NCBI GenBank assembly: GCA_001179505.1
Contig: CDMY01000964.1
Span: forward strand, 124,001-188,000
Direction: 5' to 3'
Length of the DNA stretch: 64,000 bases
Source: Vitrella brassicaformis CCMP3155
Lineage: Eukaryota > Protista > Chromerida
Made by a program: the position numbers and the translations under genes. The notes under the pieces were generated by a model, which worked only from the letters and a program-made list of their open reading frames with translations, searched no databases and was not told the DNA's origin. Every line of letters starts with the position of its first letter. Position 1 is the stretch's first letter. Below, piece by piece: positions 52,550 to 64,000 of the stretch.

Positions 52550-54614
52550 TCACATGCCGAGCGACTCTGAACTCGTTCCGGCCGCTGTTGTGGTGGTATG
52601 CTGGTGGTCCAGCTGTAGTATGCATTCATAGGGACAGATGGTTGTGTGTATATGCCCATGTGACCAGCCACCTACCGGTGCCGTCTTGCAACCGTCTCGA
52701 ACAGTGATAGTGAATGTCGTCTCACCCTAACACACACGGCATGGGTGTAGATCGTCTCTCTCTCTCTCTCTCTCTTTGCTCTCCTACCTTGGCCTCGTCA
52801 TGGTGCACTGTTGCTGCGAGCAAGTCCGTACCATCTCCATCAGACATAGCCTCTAAGTGAGTGAATTGAATGTGTAGACAGACCGTTAAACTAGTTGAAC
52901 ACCCACCTGGTTGTGGTGTGTTTGTGTTGCTAAGGGGATTAAGAATGTGGCGCCGGCTGCTGTAGTGGTGGTGCTCTGGTGCTCCATAGCAGCTGCAATC
53001 TCCATGGATAAGGACAGATGGCTGTGTGTGTATGCCCATATGACCCAGCCAGCTACCGGTGCCGTCTTGTCATCCCGAATCGTGACGTGAAGTGTGGTCT
53101 CGCCCTGCACACACAGAGACGTACTTGGGTGTAGACTGCTTGCTGGTCTGCCTTTGTGTCCGTCTCGCTCTCTCTCTTTGCTGACCTACCTTTGTCTCGT
53201 CCCGCTCCGTGGAAGTGTGTATGACTTCATCGATCTCAAGTTGCTCGACCATGGCTTCCAACGCCTTCACCTTCAAACACATTCGAATGAACCGTCAGAT
53301 CAATGTGGTGAGGTAGGGAGAGAGGGACGTACTATCTTCTCAGCCGTAGTGCGAGTGTGTGGTGGAGTGTTAACGATGCCCACGGTGGTGGTGCCGCCCA
53401 GCTCGGGGTCGACCGGCTGAGCGGTCATCATCCCCGTCAGGAACAGGTGACGACCGATCACCTGGAACTGCACGAACACAGACACACACACACACACACA
53501 CACAGACAGACAGAGAGAGGGAGAGGAAGGAAAGTGGTGGACAACTGTTTGTGGGTGTGTGGGTAGGGGTGGGGGGGGGGCTGACCCTGAGTTGCCCCAT
53601 GGCCTTCCTGACGGCACAGTTGAGATACTGGATGTTCTCCTGGTCCAGCGCACCCTCTGTTGCAGACACACATTGATGGACGAAGGGACAGCAACAAGAG
53701 AGGGACACACACAGAGAGAAAGAGACGTGTACCCACGTGTGTGCGTTATCTCCCCCATTCTCCCCTGCCCTGCCCTCCGTACGCATGTCGATGGTATGCC
53801 TGGCGATGAAGTTGATCGTCTGAGGCGCCCCCGTCTGCAGTCCAAGAGACACAATGACCGACACACACACACACACAGATCCTCCCATCCCCTCCCAGCC
53901 CCCAACCCCACCCCCACACCCCGCACTCACGTCAGTGGTTTGTGGGAGCGTCACGGAAGCCGTGTGGTTCGGCTGTATGTTGGTGTCGACCTTGCCAAAC
54001 GTGTTCATGCCCTGGTACAGCAGCGCACCCCCAAACGCATTCAAACTCTGCAATATCTGACATGAGAAAAGCGGGAACACACCAGGGCAAAAAAGGCCCC
54101 CCGCCCGGCCGGACCATGCATCTTCTTGTGCGGAGAGATCCCCCACTGGCCATCATCTGTGTTGTACCTGCTCAGTGTTTCGGTAGATCAGCGCCCGCTG
54201 CGGCCCGAGGGCGTTCACGGGCGGGTCAAACTCTGCACCACAACCACCACAACCCCACACAAACGCAGCGCAATACGGCGCGTATGGAGACCTTCTCAAC
54301 GACTTATCCTACGGGATGCCGACTAAAGGGGAGGCAACAGCTCCAGTGACTTCGTGTGTGCTGCCTACCGGAGCCTGCAGGCGCCTGTTCCGGACTTGCC
54401 CGGCTATATTTGTGATATCATTGGGGCTGTTCCTATACCTGTAGACAGCGTTCACCTCAGCGGGTTCCAAGCGATACCAAGGCACAAGGATGGGTGGTTG
54501 AAAGCCGGCATTCAAGAGCACCCGCCGCGCCAGCAGTCTCTTTCGAATACAGAACAACAGGCGTGAGGGGCTCTTTACAGGCGAAGGAAAGTGCGTGAAA
54601 TGCGTTTGACCCAA
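52550..54614 (-). pseudogene. Piwi/Argonaute N-domain-only gene or relic followed by two exon-duplicated repeats
   Basis: Spliced peptide EFDPPVNALGPQRALIYRNTEQ|ILQSLNAFGGALLY..|..QENIQYLNCAVRKAMGQLR|FQVIGRHLF resembles the Piwi N/L1 region. No PAZ/MID/PIWI exons follow, and I could not join the 5' exon or find an in-frame ATG. Confidence 0.5.
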
Positions 54615-54691
54615 TCGAGACAGCGTCGCAGAATTCTCGCCGCCCGTAAATCCTTCGGCGTGAATCCTTCGGCCTCCCCTTCGTCTACAGA

Positions 54692-56616
54692 ATGGACGAC
54701 GATGAGTGGGATGGTGGGGACACTGCTGGTGGCGTAGAGTCGGATTTGTCGCGAGCGACGCTGGCGGGCCGCAACTGGCGACAAATGGACCACCTCAAGG
54801 GCAAGGAGGTCTTCGTAGGTACGCAGGTGATCAAATGGATGGGTGGATGGATGGATGGATGGATCCATCACACACGCAGCAGGGCGGAAAGCAACCACAC
54901 CATCCACACGCACACAGCTGGACGGGGTGTGCTGGTGTGCGCATCCATCCATCAGGTGTGGATGAGGCGGGCAGGGGTCCTGTGTTGGGTCCGATGGTGT
55001 ACTCGGCGTTCTTCTGCCTCACAGGCAGCGAGCAGCGCCTCAAAGACCTCAGAGTAGATGGTACGCTACGCTATCCACATCGATCACATTGGATGGATGC
55101 AATTGGGTGGATGCATCTGTGTACTCTACGTGTCTGTCTGTGTGCCTATAGATTCCAAGAAGCTGACAGAGGCGGACCGTGAGCGCATATTTGGGGAGTT
55201 CCACACAGACGATATGCAGCACCACCACTGCGGGTGGGTGCGGCACACAAGACGCGGCCATTCCTGTGTATCTGTGTGTGTGTGTGTGTGTGTGTGAATG
55301 GGTTGTGTCGTGTTGCTATGTACCATGCGGTGCAGGTGGCTCGTCCGCCCACTGTGGCCGCAATATCTGAGCGCCAAACAGCTGTCCAAAACGTATGTAC
55401 CACCGAGAAACGAAACACACACATGGATGGATGGAGAAAGGGCTCTGTGTGGGTGTGGGTGTGGGTGTGTATACTACCTGCAGGTGTCACATGAACTTGA
55501 ATGAGTTGTCCAAGGGCACCGTGATGGACATGCTGCAGGAGGCACTCGACGCCGGACTGGAGATCAAACACGTAACGTACACACGCACTCGTCAAGTACG
55601 GCCATGGCCGACCCGACCCGGACACAATGGATGGATGGATGAATGGATGGATGGATGTGCGTCTGTCTGTCTGTCTGTCTGTGTGCAGGTGTATGTTGAC
55701 ACGGTGGGCCATGCGGTAGCGTACCAGAAGCAGCTCACCGCCAGGTTCCCGTCTCTGCACGGAAATATCACGGTAGGTACACACGCAGAGAAGAGAGAGG
55801 CCACGCCACAGACACATCCGTTTGCCTTTCTTGCCACCCACTCACTCTTTGGTGCATTCATGTCATGGATCGGACGCCTGCAGGTGACCGACAAGGCCGA
55901 CTCAAAATATGTGGTGGTCGGTGCTGCGTCCATCGCTGCCAAGGTGCGCGTGTGTGAGGGTGTGTGGGTGTGGCCGGCCACATGCCATGCCTCCTCACGC
56001 GCACATTACTACCCCCAATGCCACACAGGTGTCTCGCGATCTGCTACTGCGCCATTGGGTGCCGGAGGAGCCTTCCAAGCGAGACGGGGACGGTGAGTAT
56101 GGCTCTGGCTACCCTGGGGACAGCACCACCAAACAGTGGCTGCAGGACAACTACCACCCGGTGCGCGTGCGCTTTGGTGTGTGTGTGGGTGGGGGGAGGG
56201 ATGGATGGATGTGTGTGTGGATGTGTGTGTGTTTAGGTGTTCGGCTTCCCCAGCCTGGCGCGTTTCTCATGGGGCACGGTGCAGAAGCTGCTGGAGGACA
56301 ACAACGGCCCCGCACTTGAATGGTCCATCCCACCCACCCACCACCCCTCGTGTGTGTGTGTGTGTGTCCATCTCTCTCTCTCTCTCTCTCCGTATGTGTG
56401 TGTGTGTGTGTGTGTAGGTGTGACGACCAGGATGATGAAGACCCCTCCCAGACACACATGACGCAGTTCCTCATATCCGCACCGCAGGACAAGAAGAACA
56501 CAAGCCAGACCAAGAAGGGGCCCAAGAGGGGTCCCAGGGGTGGGGGAGAGGTGATGAAGCGCAGCGGGTTCTTCACTGCACGGCACATGAGCATCGTTAC
56601 AGACAGTGAGTGGTGA
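54692..56616 (+). CDS. RNASEH2A: Ribonuclease H2 catalytic subunit A
   Basis: GVDEAGRGPVLGPMVY, VD|DSKKLTEADRE, SHNLNELS-like exon, VYVDTVG, DKADSKYVVVGAASIAAKV|SRD, GSGYPGD.TTKQWL..NYHP|VFGFPSLARFSW.TV. Confidence 0.96.
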
Positions 56617-57428
56617 GGGGTATATGGGTGCTGGCTGCATGGCATGTGGGCTGGGCTGCCTGGGGTGGGTGGATGGCAACACATACATCTAGATAATGAA
56701 TCGGAGGCCGGCGTGTCGGTGGGCTGGTGTAGGCTCATTTGGTCTCACAGCGTTGATGAGGCCAAATGACACACAGAGAGACAGACAATGACACACACAC
56801 AGACACACAGACACACAGACAGACAGACAGCTGTGCACGCACACACAAACACGCATTCACTCACGGACGAGTCCATCCCTTCGCACGTCACAAGTGACGT
56901 ACTGCTCCACACGGCGAGGCTGACCATGCAATGCACTCACCTCACCGCTGATCAAGATGACAGACAGCACGAGTCCATTCACTGGCCCCTCCAGCTCACT
57001 GACCAGCAGCCGCCTTACTCCTTTATCCATGAGACACACACAGTCGGTACACACAGATTCTCTCCTTCTCTACACTACACTAGGCAGCCATCTGCTCAAG
57101 GGCGGGAGGGGCAAAAACACCTGAGGTCTCTCCCTCCGTCATCCATTTACCCTGGGTGTGGCTGCTGTTGTGTTGTGTGGTGTGTGGTGCCAGGCCGCGT
57201 GACGCCCCTGTTGTCCGTGTGCAGGACCCTCCGCCATGAGCAAGACACATGGGAGACCCAGCACTCCGGCCAGAGGCGTGACACACAGCACAGCACAGCA
57301 CTCCAGCGGCAGCAGCCAACACTGGTGTGTCCCGCCACCTCATCAGCCATGGGTCTACACGCCATCCCCCATCTAGCTATAGCTATATGCCAGCCAGCCA
57401 GCCAGCCATCTGTCTGTCTGTCTGTCTA

Positions 57429-59954
57429 CTATGATTGTGTGGCCACCGGCTGCTTGGTGAACTGTGTGGCGAGTATGTGCATGAGGTCCTTGAGCAGCGT
57501 TGGGTGCCGGTCCAGCTTGCTGAAGCCCTCCGTCTTGGACACAGCACGGTAGTGCTTGGCAGCGAACCGAAGACCTGCACGCCACGGCACGGGAGGGACA
57601 CGCACAGTCGTCTCTCCCGCTACGCCCCTCTCTCTCTCTCTGTGTGTGTGTACATTGTTTCTTGAGGGTTTCTGTGCCGTGTAGCGACGCCTCTATGAGC
57701 AGGTGTGCGACGTTCTGCACAGACAACTCCTGCACCAACGCCTCGCCGCAACGCTCACGCAAACCCTGCAGACACATCGACCCCCACCACCACACACACA
57801 CAGACGACACACGACACACAGAGATACAGAGGAAGCGTGTGTCTTGTGTGTGTGTTTTGTGTGTACGTGTATATTGAATCTATTGGCGGCTTTGAGGATG
57901 TCGACTACGGTGGCGTGGGGGAACGGACTGGCCTCCAACTCCTTGCAACTGACACACATCACCACACATCACCACACCAACACATATCACTCCATCCATC
58001 CACCCCCCATCCCTCTCGCCCTCTCACCTATCGCAGTAGATGTATCTCAGAAGGACTTTGAGGATGTTCGGGCTGACGTCGCTCACAACCAGCCGCTGCT
58101 GCTGCTGGGAAGGCACCTCACCGCCCACACCCACACCAACCTGCCCACCACCACCACCAGCACTGCTAGCAGCAGCAGCTGCTGCTGCTGCAGCAGCCGC
58201 TATGCCCTCAGTTGACGACTGTGAGGTGGATGCCCGCAGCGCCGACAACATGTTGCGAAACACCTGACACACACAGACGGACGGACGGACGGACGGACGG
58301 ACGGATGGATGGATGGACAGGCAGACCTGCCTCTCTGGGTGTGCATTTGCCCCCACACACATACCGTCGATCTGGCGGCGAGAATGCACCGGTGCGCGGG
58401 GATGTCCTCGTTGTTGCAAACCAACACCACATCTGCCACACACACAACACACAACACACCGACAGGCGCAATACATACCAGCCATCCCTCCGCACACACA
58501 CACCCAACTCTCGCTCACCAGAGTGCATGGTGCTTCCCGTGTCGATGAGGCTCCCCAAATCGTTGCCGAGCGCCTTGCCCTGCACGCCGCCGGCCATGTC
58601 GCTACACGCCTTTGCCAGCGCCCTTGGCTCCTCGTGTTCGCTCTGTGGTATGGTGCGCATCTCGCAGTAGATGGTCATGCGGTCGTTGAACAAGACGTCG
58701 TCCAGCTGGTCGGCTGACAGAAACTCAGAGAAGCCACGGTTGGACTCTGCAGATACATGGATGGATGGATGGATGGATGGGGGACAAGGGAGGAGGGAGT
58801 GTGTTGTGTGATGGGGCTTGCCTTTGCCCTCCTGGTGCGAGAACTTGCGAACGCGGGTCTGCATCATGGTCGAGTCAACTGACAATGCACCCACCACACA
58901 GACACACACACAGAGAGAGAGAGATGCATGCATCACCCTATCTACGCCACCCTCCCTCTCCCTCCCTCCCTCTCTCACTCTCATTCTGGTCGTTGTCGAG
59001 GCAGGCGAAGTGAGCACTGGCGACCACCTCCACCTCCTGCGGCGACACCAAATGGCAGAACAGGCTCACCGGCCGCTCCTCGTTGTTGGCCGGAGGCGGT
59101 GGCTGCCCCCCTGCCCCTCCTAGATGCATCAACCAACCAAAACGAAGATATCCCCAATACGAGAGAAGCTTGCTTTGCTTGCCTGCTGCGTTGGCGTCCT
59201 GTCGGTCCTCGCCCGCCGGCCACAGACAGAGGCGCCACCGGCCCGTCATCTGGTCGCTCCCGAAGGGCGGCGAGAACACACGATTGTCGTCTCCAACTGA
59301 CACACACATGACAGACACACGGCAGACAGACAGACAGAGGGACACGTGTATGTGTGTGTGTATGTGTGTGGGGGGGGCGTGGGGGAAACGGGGGAGAGGG
59401 TACTGACTTTGCTCTGCCATTGCTCGCGCCCTGAGGATGCTGCACCGTTGACGTGCGACGAAAAGGGATGGATGGATGGATGGATGGATGGATGTAGGCA
59501 CATAGGCACAAAGGCACATGGGATGCACAGACACACATACTCGTTCGTATACTCACTCACCTGAAGTTGCGGATCTCCCAGGTGTACTTGAGAATGACCT
59601 CCTTGGTCTCCGTCACCTGAACGAAAGAACGAACGAACGCACCAACGCACCAACGCCAAGAATGCATCCACTCCACGTCACGTACGAATGCATGGGGGTG
59701 CGCTGCGCGCGTGTGTGTGTTGTCCCGTGCTGTGGGTGTTTAGCTTACGCAGTCGGTGACCTTCCTCTTCTTGACCGGCGGCACCTCCGTACCTACACAC
59801 CACAAAAGCCAAAGGATTGTCATGCCAAAGGATGGGATGCCATGCATGTGGCCCACCCAGTGGATGCCTGACCTTGGCCCTGCGGTGTGCCGTTGGGCGT
59901 GCCGCCGGCGCTGTTGGTGACGCCCACGCTGCTGATCTCCATGGGAGTGCTCAT
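57429..59954 (-). CDS. MATH-BTB/POZ-BACK protein (SPOP/BPM-like Cullin-3 adaptor)
   Basis: MATH: YTWEIRNF, FSPPF..GRWRLCLWPAG, NRGFSEFLS..L. BTB: DVVLVCNNEDIPAHRCILAARST|VFRNML, VLLRYIYCD, ILKAANRF, LRERCGEAL..LSVQNVAHLL. NLS-like PPVKKRKV near the N-terminus. Confidence 0.9.
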
Positions 59955-60344
59955 CCTTCTGTTCTGTGTCTGCTGGATCTTCCTACGCCTACTGTGCGTG
60001 TAGCTGTGCGCTGTTGTTATTCCCTTCCTCCCAAATGCTATCGATCGAGCCAGCACGCTACACGGACAGGCACACAGCGCGCCGCTGACACACGCACTCA
60101 CTTACCCTCCTCGGAAAACGATGCGAGATCAGGGACAAGCTCGCTTGTTTGTGAGGATTCCCTGAAACCGCTGCTGTGAGGATTCAGCGGGCGCTTTCCG
60201 AGGGCGTGAAGTGGTGTAGGAGGCGAGGCGAAGGCGTTTTCAGCTGTGATCTGCTCACTCATCGACCGCATCTAGACACGCGCTGACCCTCAGTCAGCAA
60301 CACTCTGCAGAAGAAGGAGCCGCAGGCTGACAGACAAGAAAGAA

Positions 60345-63101
60345 ATGGCGAAAGAGGTGCAGACGATGCACCAGTGGATGACAGCGGAGCTGGGCCGCAT
60401 AATCGGTAACACAGACACAGCTCAGACAGAACAGACAGACAGACAGACAGACAGACAGGCAGGCAGACAGACACAGAGAGGGAGGGAGGGAGGCAGACAC
60501 AGAGAGGGAGGGAGGCTGGGCATGAATGCATTAATTCATTGACACGCACAAGAAGCAGACTGAGTGTGCGTCTGTGTGTCGGGACGCCCTGTGGGGTGTA
60601 TGTGTCTGTGTGTTTGTGTCATGGTACCCATGTAATATCATCAGGTGTCGCCGACGAGATGGTGGTAGAGAACGTGGCCACGTACACGAATGAGGCCGAG
60701 CTGCGCGACTTCCTCGAGGCCTTCACAGAGGAGGGACACGCACGCACCGAGATCGCCGCCTTCGTCAAGGAGCTCTTCAGACGGAAGAGAAGGACACCGC
60801 CAGCCGGTCAACAGAACGGGAGTGTGCCTGGTGAGAAGAGAGAGGGAAACAAGAGAGAAGACGTGACGGACGTGAGAATGAATCTTCTCTGTCTGCGTGT
60901 GGATGTATGTGCCCTTGTCAGCCCCGCCACCCCCACCCCCCGCAGCAGCAGCAGCAGCAGCAGCAGAGGGCCCGGTCCCTCCACCATCAGCGCCATCAGT
61001 GCACCAGACGGTAAACTATCCCAGCGGCTTCGTCCCTCCCCCTTCCAAGAAACCCCCGCCAAATGTGCTGCCCTCCGACGACCATGACCACCCCCAGCTG
61101 CCCGTTTCTCCCACAACGCACCCCTCCAAACAGCACAAGAAGGGCAAGAAGATCATGCAGTCCGCTATCGGCCATGACTCATCCGCCATCGCGACAGAGA
61201 GGACACAGAGAAAGGGCAAAGCCGGCGGGGGCGGTGCTGATCAGCAGCGGCTGATGTGCGACTGCCAGGCGCGGGAGCACGAGCTGGTGGGCAACTGTCT
61301 GGCGTGCGGCAAGATCGTGTGTGCGCAGGAGGGGCCGGGTGTGTGTCTGTTTTGTGGGAGGTATGAGGTGCGCGGGAAGGGCCTGGTGGGGAAGTATCTC
61401 ACGACTGGCACTAGTGACGGTGGTGGGGGTGGTGGGGGCGATATGGCGCCTGGCGATGCGGATCTGTATGATGGGCGGAGCGGTGAGGAGAGGGACAAGA
61501 TCGACAAGGCCATCAAACTCAGAGACCAAATCATGGAACAAGGTCCGTGGGGCGGGGCGGTAGGGGGGTGGGATGCACACACATGCAAGATGGTCTGTTT
61601 GTCTCTCTCTCTCTCTCTCTCTGCGTTTCCGTGTGTGTGTCCAGCGCGCAACAAGTCGGTGTTGACAAAAGTGTACGACGACCAGAGTGACTGGTACAGC
61701 GCCGCCAACGACCCATGGCTCACGCGCGAGCAAAGGCTCAAGGCCATACAGAAACAAAAAGAGCTCGAAGACCGAAAACGACAAGAGCAACGTAACCAAC
61801 ACCCCCCTCCCCCCAACACACACACACACACACACACACTTTGTCCCCATGTGTGTCTGCAGGGAGGGTCAACGTCAACTTCGATTTCGCCGGGCGCCGC
61901 ATCACAGAGGCCGACTCCACCATCGAGCAGGACAACAAGGCCGCCCTGGACGCCTTTGACGATGAAGTCCGCCAGCCGCAGTCCTCCTCTGCCAACCAGA
62001 GGATCAAGGCGGTCTACGAGCAGCTTGAGGAGGACCGGCGGCTGTTCATGGAGACGCTGCAGTCGCGGATGAGGGCCTTTAACACTGGCACCTGGGTGGA
62101 GAGGGAGGGGAGGGAGGGGGAGGCGGAGGGGGGGAGGAAAATGAGATATGGGGGAGTCGAGACACGGACCGATGTCGAGGTCAGCAGCTTTAGAATACAC
62201 CTTCAGACGTACACGCACATACTCTCTCTCTGTGTGTGTGTGTGTGTGTGTGTCTGCAGGAGATGCTTGACGAGCTGGACGTTGCACGCCGCGAGAGGGC
62301 AGCAGAGGAGGCAGCAGCGGCAGCGGCAGAGGCAGCAGAAGCAGAGGCAAGACAGCGCCAGCTCGACCAACACCACGAGCAGCAAGAGGCAGAATCCGCC
62401 CTCTCCGCAGCACCACCAAGCCGCTACACAGACGTCACTGACCGGGGCGTGTGTCTGTCGATGCACCAGCCGTGGGCCTCTCTGCTTGTGGCCGGCTTCA
62501 AGCGAGTCGAGGGACGGTCATGGCCCACAGAGCACAGAGGCAGGCTGTGGGTCCACGCCACGGTCAAGGATCCGCTCCCGGCGCTCACAGAGCAGCTGCT
62601 GGCCCACTACAGCGACATGTATGGCGGGAACCACGCCCCATTGCCAAGCAGCTTCCCCACGGGCATGGTGCTTGGGTGTGTCGATCTGGAAGAGTGCATT
62701 ACACAGGTGGGTGGGTCAGTGTAGTGTGTGTTGATGCGGGTCGATGAGTTGGTGTGTGTGTGTTTGTTAGGAAGAGTGGCAGATTCGTTTGGCGGCTGAT
62801 CCTTCTCTGCCGAGGGAGGAGAATGAGAGCGCGTTCCTCTTTGTGTGCAGCAACCCCAGACAGCTGCTCATTCCACATCGCGTAAGTGGGTGGGGTGGTG
62901 GTGGGGCGACCATCCATCCATCCATCCATCCATCCACACATAGACAGACACAGGGCTGTGACGCGTTAATATGTACAGATGTCCGGCGACCACAAGCTAT
63001 GGAAGCTGCCGCAAGACAAGCTCAAGCACCTGCAGAAGGCTCTCAGGCCAGTCAAGTGGCCACCACCCCTCCCACCTTCTGATAATAATGCCCCCACCCC
63101 C
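60345..63101 (+). CDS. TRIP4: Activating signal cointegrator 1 (C2HC5 zinc finger + ASCH domain); no stop before the assembly gap
   Basis: CDCQAREHELVGNCLACGKIVCAQEGPGVCLFCG, VYDDQSDWY, ASCH CLSMHQPWASLLVAGFKRVEGRSWPTEHRGRLWVHA, PTGMVLGCVDL, SAFLFVCSNP, SGDHKLWKL. Confidence 0.95.
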
Positions 63102-63401
63102 NNNNNNNNNNNNNNNNNNNNNNNNNNNNNNNNNNNNNNNNNNNNNNNNNNNNNNNNNNNNNNNNNNNNNNNNNNNNNNNNNNNNNNNNNNNNNNNNNNN
63201 NNNNNNNNNNNNNNNNNNNNNNNNNNNNNNNNNNNNNNNNNNNNNNNNNNNNNNNNNNNNNNNNNNNNNNNNNNNNNNNNNNNNNNNNNNNNNNNNNNNN
63301 NNNNNNNNNNNNNNNNNNNNNNNNNNNNNNNNNNNNNNNNNNNNNNNNNNNNNNNNNNNNNNNNNNNNNNNNNNNNNNNNNNNNNNNNNNNNNNNNNNNN
63401 N
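63102..63401. other. Assembly gap (300 N)
   Basis: Run of n; both flanks are C-rich and encode Pro-rich sequence. Confidence 0.99.
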
Positions 63402-64000
63402 ACCCCCTCCCCGCCCACACACAACGGCCTCACCACAGAGATGGCCCAGAACGGCCCACACGAGCCAGATGACGCATCGCCACGAGAGAGGGAGAGGCGG
63501 GGCGGTCGTCTGCAGCTGGTCAAGGAGCCATTTGAGCGGGTTGCCGTCGGTTTTGACCTCTGGCCGACGGGTGAAGGTGCTGAGGATGGTAGTGGTAGTG
63601 GGGGTGGCGGAGGTGAGAAGCGGATGGTGCAGGTGGGCAAGACCAAGTTCGCCAAAGGCGACACCGATGACGGGGTACGTCAGGGCACGCCACACACACC
63701 CGAACACGCACACACGAACCCAGTGCGTGTCCATCATATGTGTGTGCATGCTGCAGCTAGTCGTGTTGCGTGACGGGATGGTGCTGCTTCGCGAGTACAT
63801 GGACCTCCCCACTCAGCAGAGGATCATTGACACGGTGCGGGAGATGGGCGTCGGCAAGGGCGGCTTCTACACACCCACTTACGAGGCCAAGAAGCAGGGC
63901 GACCAAAAGGTCTGTCGACCCTTCCCCCCGAACACCCGCAGCCACCCACATACCCCTTTCTCTCTCCGCGTGTGTGCAGTCGTCATTACACTTGCGGATG
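63402..64000 (+). CDS. AlkB-family 2OG-Fe(II) dioxygenase N-terminal part, runs off the window; possibly the C-terminus of TRIP4
   Basis: Exon 63757-63909 LVVLRDGMVLLREYMDLPTQQRIIDTVREMGVGKGGFYTPTY and 63980-64000 SSLHLRM match the plant ALKBH1-like pattern LRPGMVLLK.YL...Q..IV...R.LG.G.GGFYQPGY....LHL.MM. The catalytic HxD..H is outside the window. Confidence 0.75.

Noticed and set aside
54232-54950. Piwi relic head-to-head with RNASEH2A as a functional RNase H-fold pairing
   Set aside because: The relic lacks the RNase H-like PIWI domain, and head-to-head packing is common throughout the window.

Overview
Intron-rich eukaryotic nuclear DNA (GC-rich exons, short GT-AG introns filled with (CA)n/(GACA)n/(GATG)n/(TG)n microsatellites). 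Style and gene content suggest a chromerid alveolate such as Vitrella brassicaformis; this is inference, not shown by the sequence. All gene models were spliced by eye, so boundaries are approximate, and many ORF-track 'M' starts are TTG/GTG/CTG rather than ATG. About 22 genes are densely packed, often as head-to-head pairs. Recognisable genes: IDO, SPF45/RBM17, a TMBIM/lifeguard protein, TMEM65 fused to GAF, ESF2/ABT1, ALDH7A1, TTC16-like, a class A flavin monooxygenase, LSM6, a bestrophin, adrenodoxin reductase, TMEM234, RNASEH2A, a MATH-BTB (SPOP-like) protein and TRIP4/ASC-1. There is also a ~12 kb modular TSP1-repeat secreted protein gene and a 50.7-54.6 kb accessory island holding a decayed intronless gene and a Piwi N-domain-only relic. 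The main candidates for novelty are: an apparent TRIP4(ASCH)-AlkB fusion spanning a 300-N gap; the TMEM65-GAF fusion; the Piwi N-domain relic with exon-duplicated repeats; a recurrent AGCTCGCA motif in divergent promoters; complementary 5'-CA / 3'-TG intron microsatellites; and a (CA)5 slippage site that separates the signal peptide from the giant TSP1 protein. I recognised no tRNA, rRNA, CRISPR array or intact transposon.
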